64,000 nt of DNA from Auanema rhodensis (taxonomy: Eukaryota > Animalia > Nematoda), in contig OZ059898.1 of the NCBI GenBank assembly GCA_964057225.1, positions 13,330,001 through 13,394,000 on the forward strand, read 5' to 3'. The position numbers and the translations under genes are program-made. This document shows, one piece after another, positions 1-14,076 of this stretch; within the stretch, counting starts at the first letter, position 1, and each line of letters opens with the position of its first letter. The notes under the pieces are model-generated. The model ran no database searches and was not told the DNA's origin. It saw only the letters and a list, made by a program, of their open reading frames with translations.

Positions 1-3000
1 TGTCATGAGAAATATGGAAAAAAAACAAACAAAGTAAAGCAGAAAAGCTGACCCATGAAGTTGCTAACAGTAGTTCTTAGATTATGCAATGATCTATTTT
101 GAAGTTTTGGGAGACAGCTCAATGATTTTCAAAGGAAAAACATGACTTTGATGCATGAACGAATACAATATTCTTCTCTTGTAGATGTCAATTGAGAGAA
201 TGAGAAAGCAATAGAGGGAATGTGATACGTAGGGAGAGAAAGAAAGAGAGAGAAAGAAAGAGAGAGAAAGAGAGAGAAAGAGAGAGATGTGCATAATCTA
301 AGAGATAAATATGATATAAATATTTATTTAAAAAAAAAAAGTTTTTATAATGAGATTAAAGTACTAATTATAGGTAGTAGAGTAGCTCATAATCAGATTA
401 TCCTCATGTTTGATTAATTAAAAAATATTATTTTTTGTTTATATATAAGAAGAAAAAATAGATTTTGAAAATTGACGTCAATACAATTCATTGTGATTAT
501 TTTCTTTCGAAAATTTGATTCTGACTTGAAGTGTACGTAGAATGCTTCAGACGACATAAGGGGGATAAAGAAATGTTATAACAGAAAAACAAGTTCAAAT
601 TCTATTTGATTCCATAGGATTTGATAAAAGATTTTGAATTCAAAGGCTTCCTCATGATAACTTTCAATCATATAAGGATTAGATGAAAATATCTCGTTAT
701 CTAAAGAAATATAAATTGTATAGTTAACGAGAGAGAAAGAATAAAAACTTTTTTTTTTCTGTTAGTTGGGATCAAAATGAAATGTAACGCATGAGTGTAT
801 GTGTGAGCATGCTTGGTAAACGTGGAATTATAGAGTTATGTCCTCTCATTCATATTATATTTTTAAAATATTTTTGAGAGCATATATAGAAATCTCATTT
901 CTGTAATTGACGCCTCTCATGCTCTCATACTCCAGTGCCAAACGACCTATGTCTGGCTCTTTCTCTTACTCTCTTTCTCTCAATCTTTATCTGTCTTTCA
1001 CTCTTCTTTCTCTTTGTATTGCTTTCTACCTCTGTCTATTTACCTCATTATCTCTCGTTTCTTCTATAGTCATCTATGGATATATCAATCTCCTCATATA
1101 CTTTCTATTTCTGCAGTTTGTCTTTCGACATGTTATAGTAAAGGAACGCAGAGCTGTTTCTGGAATAAGAGAAGGCCAAAACAATTATGAGAACGTCCAA
1201 GAAGTAATTGGATCGTGATGCAGAAATCGCAGAGCTATTGCTATAAATGTTTTGTATGATTATAAGAATAATTAGATTAAATTAATATTATTGTTTGTTT
1301 CTAATGAATAAGAATCAGTGAAAACTTGGCAATCAGTTAACTACTTTGTATAAATATTTAGTATATAGAGAGCTTGAGAATAAATGAAATAAGGGACCAG
1401 ATAGACAATAAAATCTTGAACAAATTTCGATTCCTATGTGAAAAGGAGATGCTAGGTTCAAGAGAATAAAGCAACATCGTGGGGGAGGGTGTGGTTTGGA
1501 ATTAAGACGTTTATGTATAAGCTATACATCTATAGGTATGTGCTCATTCAAAAGAGGACGTTTTATGTAGATTGCAACATGTTAAATGAAACAACTGGAC
1601 TGATGAGTATAAAGAGCAATGAAATGGAATAGCCCTTAGGAGATCAACGTGAAAAAAGTGGATGAGAGACGAGTAAAGAGGTATAGAAAGAGGAAGAAGC
1701 GTGAGAATGAGCATCTAAAACACAGACAGATATATATGTATATAGAAGAGAGATAGAAGGATATAGAGAGAAAGAGAAAGAGAAGGAAAGAGAGTAAGCA
1801 AATGAGTGAGAGAATGAGTGAGGATTGAACAGGAAGAGCAGTGCAACTAGTGCGGCGCATTATCATCTGATGAAAGGACATTGATGTGAGCTCAGTTTAA
1901 GCCTGGTGAGGTTAAATGGTGAATATCATTACAAAATAAAACTCAAGTGACAAGTAGCAGCATTTTTGAACTTTAACCCAAGGCAAGAACAAGCTGAATA
2001 AGAAATTAGAAATAGCAAATGATGAAAATTTGAAGGAAGAACTTATTGAAACATGTATTAATGGAAAAGATCAACCAAATTATAAAATGACAATGAGAAC
2101 AATGGACTTGCTCCATCTGCTGGACAACACAGAGTTCGGACTAATAGTAATGGTGATTGGTGATGGTATAACGAGAGAAAAAAAATGGATAGGACAGACA
2201 CAACAAGTAGAGTATAGATGGGATTTCCAATAGAAAAAGAGAATAGATAGAATATGGATTATTCAGTAAGTAACATACAAGAAGAGTGGAAAGTGGAAGA
2301 TGAAGAAAGCATCGTAGAGCTCACAGGTGAAAGAGAGAAAGGTAAAAGGACATGAAAGAACAACCGCTCTAAACGTTTTTTGTTGTAAAAATAAAATTGA
2401 ATATGCATATTATATGTGTGCGTGGATATAACGTGAACATTGAAGTAACGAGCTTACCTGTTTTATCTCCTCCCCCTCTCTCTGTCTTTCTCCATCTCTA
2501 CTTCTACCTTTCACTATCTCTCTCTCAATCTCTCTCTCTCTCTATTTTTACCTCTCTCCCTTTCTCTCTTTATTCAAAGTAAAAAAAAGAAAAAAGTAAG
2601 AAAAATGGTCGATAAAAGGACTATTGATGTATTGAAAAACCTTTTTTTCTCTTATAAATTATATTTGTAAGACAGTGCTTGAAAAGAAAGTACAGATTCA
2701 TAGCTAAACATCATACTACATGCTCAATTGACAGTTTTGTTTCAAAAACTTATATACAAAGTAAAAATAATTTTTTTTTCTTCCAAATAATAATTGAATT
2801 ATAGTACAATGTTTGAAGCTGAAAATATAAAAACATTGAGTTCAAATTTGAAAAAGGAACCTTTAAAGTACTAAGAATGACATAGAAGTTATGCATAAAG
2901 TATAATATATTTAATATTATATACATATAAATATATAAATATATAGATATATATATATAATAATTTAAAATAAATTAATTAAAATAGTAATGGTACATAT

Positions 3001-4508
3001 AGATCAAACACTTGTTATTTTTACTTTGAGCTTTCTTTAGATTAAAATTGAGTTTTCATTTCTGTTGATAGTTTGTCTCCAATATAATATTTGATATTTT
3101 TTATAAAAATATCGTTAAAATTCAACTATATACTATATAGTATAGTATAGTATAGTATAGTATAATATATACTCATATACATATGTATAGTTTAATTTTT
3201 CTTTTTTTTTCTTTAGCCATAGTGCTGAGCATTGAATTGTGTGTGGACGTCTTTTGTCAACATCTATTCAGATACTTCTAGTGATGCTATGTAGCATTTG
3301 TTACTAGCTATTGCTACTGAAGCTTCAGAATAGACCTTTGACATCTTTCTTTACTCATCTTCATCAGCGGATTATATCATTTGGCAAGAAACAGAAGAAG
3401 TAGTAGTAGTAGTTGTTGTAGTAGTAGTAGGAGGAGGAGGAGGAGGAGGAGGGCTACCATGACCACTACTCGTTGTTGAACTTCCTTCTCCTTTCTACAG
3501 CTATAGACTTTCATCTCGGACGTCTTTTTGTCTTTTTTATCTAAACTAATCATTTAGTTTTTTTCCTCTTTTTTGTCTTTTTTGTGTGCTTCATTCGTTG
3601 TGTGGTCCTTTTTTTCTGAACAGGCATAGCCCAGAGATGAATTGCCAAAAACAGCATAATTCAGTGAGTGTTGAAAAGGAATGACAAGAGTCTAAAACTA
3701 AGCTAAAGAAGACTTTTTGAGGCTTTAGATATATATTTTTAGAATACTCAATATACTAGCATCACAATAAAAGTTTAAAAAAAATGTGTACGAAAGATAG
3801 GATATCGAGAGAAAATAGAAAGTAAACGTGATGAAAATTGAAAATTATAAATAAAATAGACGGAACGAAGACATGAAATAGACACACATGCCACAGAAAA
3901 CGACAGAGAGTTGCTAGCAAAGTTAGAATAGAAGATCGGAGCAAAGGATGGAGAGAAAATAATAAATAAACAAACAAACAAACAAACAAACAAATAAATG
4001 AAAATGACAAATACATGCATATGTGAAGAAAACAATGTAAAAAGTGGACATAATTATTCATAGTATCGTTTAATCTTCTGAATAGTTTAATGGAATAATA
4101 TGGTTAAATAAAGAGTAAATGAATAATTCTGCATACTATTTCATAGCATTTTCGTATGTTTTCTAGCTTCTGTGCTATACCTCAGAAGTAGTTAGTAGAT
4201 ATAGATGTAATACGTGAAGTTGAATAGCTCAAAATCTAAGCTGAATCAATGTTATTTTGGAAATAAGGTCGAAGAACTTAAAGTTCTTTTGGAAAATAAT
4301 AGTTAGTTTATATCTGTGCTGATTAAATAATCATGAGATAGAGGAGGAGAAGATGGATGAGAGAAATGCCTGTAGCCGAAGCCTATTCGCTTTCTAAAAA
4401 ATGTTTTCACAGAGCGGATTGAATAGAAGATAATATCCTATATAACATACTTAACGAATGCGAACATTTCCCTTCGTGCAATGCATTTTCAAAGTTGAAA
4501 CTTTGTAG

Positions 4509-4512
<4 letters not shown>

Positions 4513-4584
<72 letters not shown>
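4513..4584. repeat. (CT)n microsatellite
   Basis: Near-perfect CT dinucleotide run. Confidence 0.95.
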
Positions 4585-4589
<5 letters not shown>

Positions 4590-5169
4590 CTTAGTTCGTT
4601 CAATGTCTTATCCTTATCCAATGACTTTATTCTTTTTCATTATAATTATTGTATATTTAGATAAATTGAATTTCATATTTTATAAATATTTTTAAAATAT
4701 ACTCCTTCTACTAATCTCGCTTCATCGTATGAACTCCCCAAGCAGCAAGCATTTCAAGCAGACTCAATTGGATAACAATAACAAGGAAAATACGAAATAT
4801 GGCTAGGTAAGAGAAAGAAAAGCAGATAAAGCAAAGCAGAAAACGAGAAAGTATGTCAGGGTTAGTCAAAAAAAAAATTCCAAAGGTGACAAGTTAAATA
4901 AGTGTAAATGTGACATTGAAAAAAGCATGAGGAATAACGTACAACAGCATGAAAACGAGCTAAGAAATGGCTCGCATGTAGGGACAGCACATACACAGCA
5001 GTAGTCGTAGCAGTAGCATTAGCAATAGCAGCAGTAGCATGATAATTTCGAGAAGCAGTTTTCCTCAAAAAGAATAGAGAAAAAGATCCTGATATATCAG
5101 AATTGGATTTTTGATCTTCTTAAATTATAGAGATTTATAGCAGGAGAATAACTAGCATATACTAAATGT

Positions 5170-5173
<4 letters not shown>

Positions 5174-5229
<56 letters not shown>
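5174..5229. repeat. (GA)n microsatellite
   Basis: Perfect GA run. Confidence 0.95.
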
Positions 5230-5232
<3 letters not shown>

Positions 5233-6721
5233 AGTTATAAAATGAGTTGGATAGCATGATTAAGTACCTCTGAACAGCTGAAATGCCATGACGGAGAGAA
5301 TGGAATAAGGAAGGGGGGGGAGTACAAATTTAAAAAAGTTATATAAGCTTTTACACATTTTGAAGCGACGTTATGGCGTTGAAAAAAGGAAATTCGTTAT
5401 TTCGTGTCAAAAGGGCAGTCAAAGTTACATATTATGTTTATATATTATATACTATATATATATAATATCTATAGATATGATGATGATGATGAAGAATAAT
5501 AAAATAATTATTTAAATAACTTTAAAATTGAAAAATTAAAAGCAATTTTAGCTTGTTATTCAACTTTCCAGCTAATTATATATAGTATATACTATATATA
5601 TAAACAGCATAATATATATATTTAAATAAACAAAACAATATTCATGAGTAATAGCTTACAGAGCTTTCTTTTTTCCTTCTGTGTTACTGACAAAAGGCTT
5701 TCCTTAGATTTCTTTTTTTCAAAAATTGCTATGTTAAATGGTTAAAAGTAGAAATTTTGATAAAGAATTTTAGTTTTTTTTGTATTTATATTTTCAAAAT
5801 ATGAATAGTAAATGACAATGTGCGAAAAAGATATGTCAATATAGCCACCCATTAGTATGGAAATTGTAACAAAATACGAATAAATCGCTTAATATGGCAG
5901 GCAGGTTCTTTTTTTGACAAAAAGAAAACAACAATATAAACAAAACATAAGCAGAGATTTTTTTTTTGTTAATAAGAAGAAATATACGAGGTAGTTTATA
6001 TGCATAAACGACTATTATTTTTATTTTTTTGAATAAAAAATAAAAAATAAAATAAAAGTTTGTTGGAAAGTATATTCGTATATCAGATTTTCTATACAAT
6101 CTTCCAGATTTGTATTACTATAGGCTAAGCTTGACCAAATTCAATATGAGAAAAGCTTGTTGGAACAAAGAGAGGAACATATGAGATTGGACAGAAGTCT
6201 CTTTGATACGATTTGGAACACTATTTTTTATTTTCGAAAAGAAAATGAAGGAGAACAAGTATAATATGACAGATTTAACGATTTTTGAAAGAAAATTTGT
6301 AGTAAAACTTCTTATAAACTGCAAATCGTTTTAGTTAAGATATGCAAAACAAAAGGAGGAGCTGTATGTTTACTAATTCGTCTAATTCATCAAAGTTGGA
6401 ACAAATAAAAAACCTAAATTGAAAGAATAAATAAATAAGCAACGAAGAAAAAAAAGGAAATATGAAGCTCAGCATGGTATATAGTAGGTTGTGTAGTCTT
6501 TGGATATATCTTTTCTTTTTTCGGGAATAAACGCTCCTGCTATTAGGAAAACTCAAAAGATTGATTCATGTTGTCCTGCTTCATAGAAGTCAGAACTGAC
6601 ATCACGAGCTGTGTGCTTGAGCTTCTGGTGGTAGTGGTAGTGGTGGTGGTGTTGGTGGTGATGATGATAATGGCGGTGGTGTAGCCATTCGGAGAAACAA
6701 CAGAAATGGTAGGAGAGTGAG

Positions 6722-6727
<6 letters not shown>

Positions 6728-6792
<65 letters not shown>
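6728..6792. repeat. (GA)n microsatellite
   Basis: Perfect GA run. It causes the poly-SL stretch in the ORF track. Confidence 0.95.
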
Positions 6793-6796
<4 letters not shown>

Positions 6797-9014
6797 GAAA
6801 GATATTGAACTCTAGAAGATTGACGACAGCAATAATGTAAACAAGAACTATAAAGAGAAATATGGTGGGCATTTATCAGTTTTTTTTCTGATCTGTGTTT
6901 CTTCTTCTTTTGTACTTAATGAAGAGAAAAAGCTTTTTATAACTAAATAATTTGTAAAGATAGCAGCAGAGTGCTGGTTGGATACATATATCAAAGCCGT
7001 TTGTATTATTTATAAGAGAACTTGTTGATAAAATATATATTTTGAAATGACAAAGAATATATTTATCATGGAAAAATTATAAAATGATTCAGATTACAAT
7101 AGAGAAAAGACATTTTTGCTTTTAGTATGAAATCGAAAATGGATTAAGCCTTGATGACTACTGGAAGTTGCTTCCGGTTGCAATAGAACATGAATTTCGT
7201 GCAAAGTCAGAATTGAAAGACAAAGAGCAAGACGAAAGTTTGAATTGATTACATCTTGTAGAAGAACATGAACATTACAGCTTTTTTTAAACCAAAAGAA
7301 GAAGAAAATGATATTACTATTTCATTTTCTGTATGCTTTCCTTCCATTCAGAAAGCATCTATGGCAAAGTGACTGAGAATTCATTTGGATGTCGTTGTCG
7401 TCGTCGTCGTTGTCGTCTCTGTCGTGAAGCTTGACAACAGAGAAACTTCGTCGGACAAGTGAAGCAAGTATGTTCATTCAGCGCTCAACAAGACAACTCT
7501 TATATCTGAGACTTTTTTAAATAATTAAATGTAATTAACTAAGTGCTTTTTCTATAATTTGATCTAACAAAATCAGAATATAAAATATTCTCGTAAAATA
7601 AAGGTTTTTCTTTCCTTTTTTCAAATACAATTTCTCTTATTTCATATATTCAAATTTTGACTTAAATCAGTATAGAGAGACACAAGGAGACAGGGGGTGA
7701 TGAGTGAAGGGAATGAAGAGGGGAAGAGAGTTTATAGATAAAAAACTTTTATTTCATTTCATATATATCTTTTCAGATTAAAACAAAAAATATTTAATTG
7801 AGGTGAGAGGTCAAACGAATACAAACCAGAATTAGTTGAACGGATATATGATGGAAAGCTGCACTTTCAACTCCATGTGCAGAACTTTCAGAGAGAGAAA
7901 TATCAGTCACATAGTTCGTACCATAATGATCAGAAAGTTATTCTCTAGCTTTTAATTTTATTACAAGTAATATGGTGAAATTGAGTTAAAGAGAGCAATA
8001 GAGAAGTAGACAGAGGGAGAGAGCAATAGAGAAAGAGAGAGAGAGAGAGGTTTAGAGGGAAATCCACACCATCGTTCACATAAGTAAAGAGGACGAACGT
8101 TAGCAAGAAATGAGACCAACCTTAAAGAAAAAATGAAATAAAGCTCGTAAATAATGGTAAACAGATTATGAAGAATATTATAGAGCAAATAGAAAAAAGT
8201 AAGACAGACGAGAGAGACATAAGAAGGACGAAGAGCTTGGCTAACATTCGAACGCCTAGAAAAGAACAACAGGATAACAGTAAGAAAACAACAAGAGCCA
8301 ACAAGTGCCTTGGAAAATTCCAAAACCATAAGCATGTTAATATGGCAAAAAAGTTTTGTTCTTGAGACTCTTATAGGAAACTGCAAAAGAATGAGATCGA
8401 AGTCAGTTAGATTTCACTTAGATACGTTCGTGTACTTTCTTTAAGCCTAGTGTTTCGATGACGTGGTTATGCAATTAGCCCTGAGGACTTGTGGTGTTAA
8501 GATCCTATGACTGGATGTAAAAAATTGTTGAAAAGCTAAATATGAACTTCGAAAAAGTTGTAATAGCATAGGAAAAGTAAGAAAAAAAACAAAAAAAGAA
8601 TAGAGAAAAGTAAAAGAACATGATCTAGTGGAACATTAGATAGACAAATAACTGAAGTAGAGGTAAAGTTTGAGCTATTGAGCTGATCAAAAAAAGAAAA
8701 AGAAAAGAAACAAAAGGGATTTCTATAATGATATGAGGACAATGACGACAACGAGGACGACGACTATGAAGAAAAGAAAAGAATCTAGAATAGTATATAA
8801 CTTGAACAACATAAACTATATAGTATAACATATAAATATTATAAATATGTATATGAAAATCATAATTTAAAAACTACATTTTGACTTTATTTATATTTTA
8901 ATTATAATATTATAATTTGAAATTGGTTTTTGTATTGTTTTCATTTGATTCTTTGAGGATTAAGAGAGTGGGGGATGAATTTCGCATAAGCAATTGTTCT
9001 ATTCTTATACTTCC

Positions 9015-9056
<42 letters not shown>

Positions 9057-10365
9057 ACATATATATATATATATAGTATATATGTATCTCCTTCTCTTTT
9101 CCCCTGTTTCTTAATGTGCGTCTTCTCTTTCATGATGGTCTTCCTTCTTCAGCTCTCTCGGCTAATTCATAGATGATCTACAGCTGATTTGATATGATGT
9201 TCTATCTCTTGACAAATACAAATTTCATACAATAATTTGAATTATAACTAAAATACATTCAATTTCATTATTAATATTCTAAAAATATAAAAGATTATAT
9301 CTATTATGAGATATAATTAGAAATATTTAGAAATAATTAAATTTATTATAATTAATTGAATTATTAATTTATGCTATCTGAAAATTTTCCCAATATTCAG
9401 TTGTATAATAATTTGAGATTAAGTAAATAGGTTTGATTTTCTCAAAAATAAAGAAAAACAATTCATCTTCTCACTTGATGATGTAAGAATCTGAAATCTC
9501 TGATGACATCCATCTGTTGTTGTTCATGGTATAACAACATCATCATCAGCACATCCTCACAATTATCATTCAATTTCATGACTTCTATAACAGGTAATAC
9601 AGAAATTAAAAGAATTAAAACAGATAGAAAGTGATGAAAAAATCAAGAAAGAAAGTCAGAGAGATATATATAGAGAGAGATAGATATAGAGAGAGAGAAA
9701 GAGAGAGATATATAGAAAGAGAGAAAGAGAGAGAGATATAGAGAGAGAGAGAGAAAAAGAGATACAAGAGGAAAAGGGTGGATAACTCAACAAAGCAACA
9801 CAAACGACAGGACTTTTATATTTGAGAGAATGTTTTCATTAATATCCCAAAAAAACAATAAAATAAATATGAAAATAAAGCTGCAAATAGTCAACTTAAA
9901 TATTAAATGATCCTTTTTTGTAATCTTGATTTTCAGGAAATCCGGTTGAGCAGCCATCATCGGTAGCAATGTACGTGAAAAGCAGGAAAACGGAAACTGA
10001 CAGACATTCCGAAAATCATTTGTTTTCTATCTGTTTCCTAAGCATTCAATGCTTCTTCAAAGCTTCTGTTCTAAGCGTTAAAGGCAGAAAGAAAAGAAAG
10101 AAAAGAAAAAAAAGCTATTTTGTTAGTTTCAAAAAAAGGTAAGAAATACTCAAAAAAAACAGGAAAACAAATAAAAAAAATAAATATATGTGTTATATGA
10201 TATAAGATATGAATATGTTTTCTTTCTTCTCTTTTTGTTTAAGAACAAAGCTGACAAAGCTGAGAAGACTAGAAGAATCTGAAAGTATTTTAGAATAAGA
10301 ACTATGTGCAACCGTGGTCGTTTGAATGATTGAGACAAGAATGAAATTTTCATAGATTAGCAGTT

Positions 10366-10417
10366 TACGTGAAAATTGAACGTGAAACAAGACAAGTACG
10401 TGTACGTGAATTACGTG
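10366..10417. promoter_or_regulatory. Cluster of five ACGTG cores (HRE/bHLH-PAS-like enhancer candidate)
   Basis: ACGTG at 10367, 10380, 10398, 10404 and 10413, four of them as TACGTG, all on one strand in AT-rich, CpG-poor DNA. Confidence 0.4.
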
Positions 10418-12328
10418 AAATATGTAATTTTGAAACATAATGACAAAATGTTATTAGCTAACTATAAATAAATAAATATAAATAGTTAGCTAATAATAAC
10501 ATAATATTATAACTTTTTCATTTATTTTTCATTTAAATATGTACATATATATGTATAAAACAATAACAACTAAATAAACTATTAAAAAAAAAGAAAAAAT
10601 AATATTGTTTGAGAATTTTTTTTATAAAATCCTAACGGGAAATGAGTGGAATGCTTATAATGGATATAACCGTTTGAAACTTCATCAAGGAATAATTACA
10701 GATGGAAATGACTTCTACTGGACACATCAAAGGGCATTTGGCCATCGTGAGAAAGAGATTGAAGAAGATGATTCGTCAAATTACAAAGCTGTTTCTTTCC
10801 GGGTTTTTTGTTCTGTATTGGAAATTGGAAACTCACAAAGCTTTTTACTCGTACCAGTTTATTCATTGTTTCTATATGCCTCATATGGATCAAATTTCGT
10901 ATTTCTTATTTTTTTGCTTCAAAAATCATTCCCGTTTTTTATAAAGAAAATATATATATAGATATATATAGATAGATATATAATATTATATATATACTGT
11001 TTGATGATTCTTGGAATCAACACTTATAAAATAATTTTTTTGGACAAAAATATAAGATATATAGCTATAGTTATAGGCAATCATGAAAAAAAAGAGAAAA
11101 AATTAAAGCTCTTCAGAGAAAAAAATATTGAAGTTTGGAGGGAAAAATTGAAAGAAATGTTTAGAGAGAGATATAGATGGTAAGAGATGAATGTGCGGAA
11201 AGAGAAAGAGAGATAACCATTCCTGACCGAAATCATAAACGCCATAATTTCCGGAAAAAATGGAGAGAAGAATCAATCTCTTGGAAAATGTTTGCAAATA
11301 AAAAAAAAGATTTTCAATTTTTCAGTACAATTTCGCGTAAAGTTTGTTGTGTGTTTCTAACTTTTTCATAAACTGATGTTCAACTTGAATTAGTTTAGTC
11401 CCTACTGAACAGTAGTCAAAGTTGAAATATATTTTTGTCCCCCGAACATGTCTAAAAGCATTTTTGAACGAATTCGTTGTAATTAGTCAATACTGCTTAC
11501 TCCAAAACTTATAGAAATTGTAAGAATGTGCTGCATCTCGTTCATAAGCACAAAAAAAACTCGTAAAGGCGTTGGGAAAAGGAAAAAGATACTCAGAATG
11601 ATGGCATTTGTATTGATGCACTTATATCTCCTGAATTGCTGAAGCCTCTACGAACTTTGTCGCCGAGTATCTTTTCTTTTTTTTTGTTTGAGTTGGTGTG
11701 GTCTTTTAAGTTTCAAACACCGGAAGTAGTTAATGATTTGCTTTTGTGTTTTTGAGTTAAGCCTGCAAGATAACTAGTTCAGCCGACTTTTCTTTCTCAT
11801 ATTTTCATAATCAAAAGTAGTAGGCTTCCAATAGAACTTCTAGAGTTTTCTTGCTTCTATGTCAAGTTCTTCTTCATCAAATTCCTTTGTTGAGATTCAA
11901 TTTGAATGACAAGGATTGTGATTGTATTTTCTAATACCAAAGTAAAGATTAGAGTAAAGATTCTGTACTGATGCTGTTGATAGTGGCGCTGAAGCCGGGA
12001 GCAGCAAGCCCCAAAAAGTAGTTGTAAACTTGATTCTAATTTTCATAAAACAATATTGCTCGTCAACTGTAAGTAAGAAAGAAGGATTTCTTTTCAATTT
12101 TTTTTATTTTCTTTTTGTTCGATTTAACTATTTAAACATATATGATATTTGTTTTTTTCAGTCAATTTTTGCAACAAAAAAAAGCGGATATTCATAATGA
12201 CGGACGGAAACTTTTTTGTCTTTCAAGCTTATTTTGGAAATAACATCATAATTCCAGGCTATTACTGTTAAATAAATAAATATATATATATATAGAGAGA
12301 TATTTATGCCAGTATTTACATATATCTC

Positions 12329-12389
12329 TGAGGTAGTGACATGATGGGCTTTCAGCCAACGTTGTCGTTGCCGTCGTCGTTGCCTTCGT
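12329..12389 (+). ncRNA. Possible let-7-family pre-miRNA hairpin
   Basis: Starts UGAGGUAG. GAGGUAGUGAC pairs over 11 bp with GUCGUUGCCUU (12376-12386), and GAUGG pairs with CCGUC. About 60 nt long. The basal stem is weak and the 3' arm is low-complexity. Confidence 0.2.
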
Positions 12390-13954
12390 TATCTTCGTCG
12401 CCATTTTTCAAGTTCAAAGTCAGTTCGTACTTCATTTAGCCAATAACCGTCATCAAAAATACTTTTTTTATTCTTCTATCTTTTGTCTAAGATGTGAAGC
12501 TTACTTTGAAAGTTTAAAATGCATTCATTCGTTGGACGATTACGACAACGACTTAGTCTGATCTTATCAGAGCACATGCTTATTCCTTCTGTACTCACGT
12601 CAAATGACAGCCTTCCAACTACTTTTTTTGTCAGCAATAGAAAAGGAAGCTCTACATTAAGCCGAAGGCGGATCTATTTTTTCAATTTCAATTTATTTTT
12701 GCCGGAAACAAAGAATATTACATGAAAACTTGCCATCATACTACTCATAATTTCAATTTTTTAATCTTGAAACTAGCATTCTCGAATGACTGGATGTTCT
12801 TACGACGTATATCTTCTTTACCAGTAGTCCCTTCTCATCTGTTCATACCACCAGTAACGCTACTCGAAAGGTCGTTTCAGATCATTTTCGAAAATTATTT
12901 TGAATATCCTAGTATGCATTAGTCGTACATCTAACGAATTTTGATCTTCAACAATAGAAATGATCAGCATATTTTACTAATTTTATAATCAACTTGTCAA
13001 ATAGTGAGCTGTTACTATGTGGAGCAGTACAACATTTCAATTATCTCAGCTGAATACAAAGTATTTCGGCAGTTTTTGCCTTGTGATCTCGCTATTTAAC
13101 TTCATTGCGACCCTTCTTTCCTGTCTTTCATTCCCTCCCTTCCTTCCCTCCTCCCTTTCTCACTCACTTCACATTCCATTTCATCTTCTCCCCTATCTAT
13201 GAGCCAGGTTAATCATTTCCTATTCTTTAAAAATGCTTTGATGAATGTATGTATGTAGATGTTGATGTACGCGTGTTGACCACACGCCGTCCATTCGAAT
13301 GTCTGTCCATCTTTCTGCCAAATGCCACTGACTGCACTACCTCAAATTCTAATGAAGAGACATATGTGACGAATGAAATTCTCAAACTCAGACGACGTCC
13401 CAATCATCTGTTATGAGCTGTAGTACATTGCTATTTCATCGTTTCAACATCTTCACACATAGTATTCTTGAAACAAGTAGAGTAAGCCTTAAGACTATAA
13501 TAGGCAGAAGTTTCATCATCTTCCATCAACAATATACTTTTGAGCTTCGGCTTCTTCCAGTACCGCCGCCAACTACAAGTTTAGAACAAATTTTTAAGTA
13601 TTATATAAGTATTATCCATGCACATATAATGTTTTTCATCTTGCATTGTAAATTCAAAAACTACTCAGAATTCATGTATCTTCTTCAATTACAAGAGAAA
13701 GAAGTATAGAGAAGGAGAGTAACGACGAACAAACGACATTATTATTTTTTTTTCGCTCTTCTAGACGAAAGCTTTTAGATTTTTCAATTTTTCAGATCAA
13801 ATTAACAACTTCAAATCATTTTTTATCTTTTACTTGTATATAAATATAGTTTTCTTTCTTTAACTTCTTAATTATTTTTTCGATTATCGTAACATTTCAA
13901 CTTCTTTCATTCAATTTGTACTTCTTACACCCTTTTTCTCAATTCCTTCACTTC

Positions 13955-13957
<3 letters not shown>

Positions 13958-14030
<73 letters not shown>
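13958..14030. repeat. (CT)n microsatellite just upstream of the neuropeptide ATG
   Basis: Perfect CT run ending about 46 bp before ATG 14077. Confidence 0.95.
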
Positions 14031-14033
<3 letters not shown>

Positions 14034-14076
14034 TCCTTCCTTGTTGGACTCAATTTTCTCTTGATTAAGGTATACA

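Noticed and set aside
6560-6700. Poly-Pro, poly-His and poly-Thr reading frames
   Set aside because: A degenerate (GGT/GAT)n trinucleotide repeat; all frames stop quickly and no partner exon was found.
8393-8515. bantam-like (TGAGATCG) and lin-4-like (CCCTGAG) seeds, and a possible C/D box
   Set aside because: Only short local hairpins, no pre-miRNA-length stem and no canonical C box.
94-9803. Many Leu/Ser/Phe-rich short ORFs
   Set aside because: They are translations of (CT/GA)n and T-rich tracts, with no coherent splice chain or motif.
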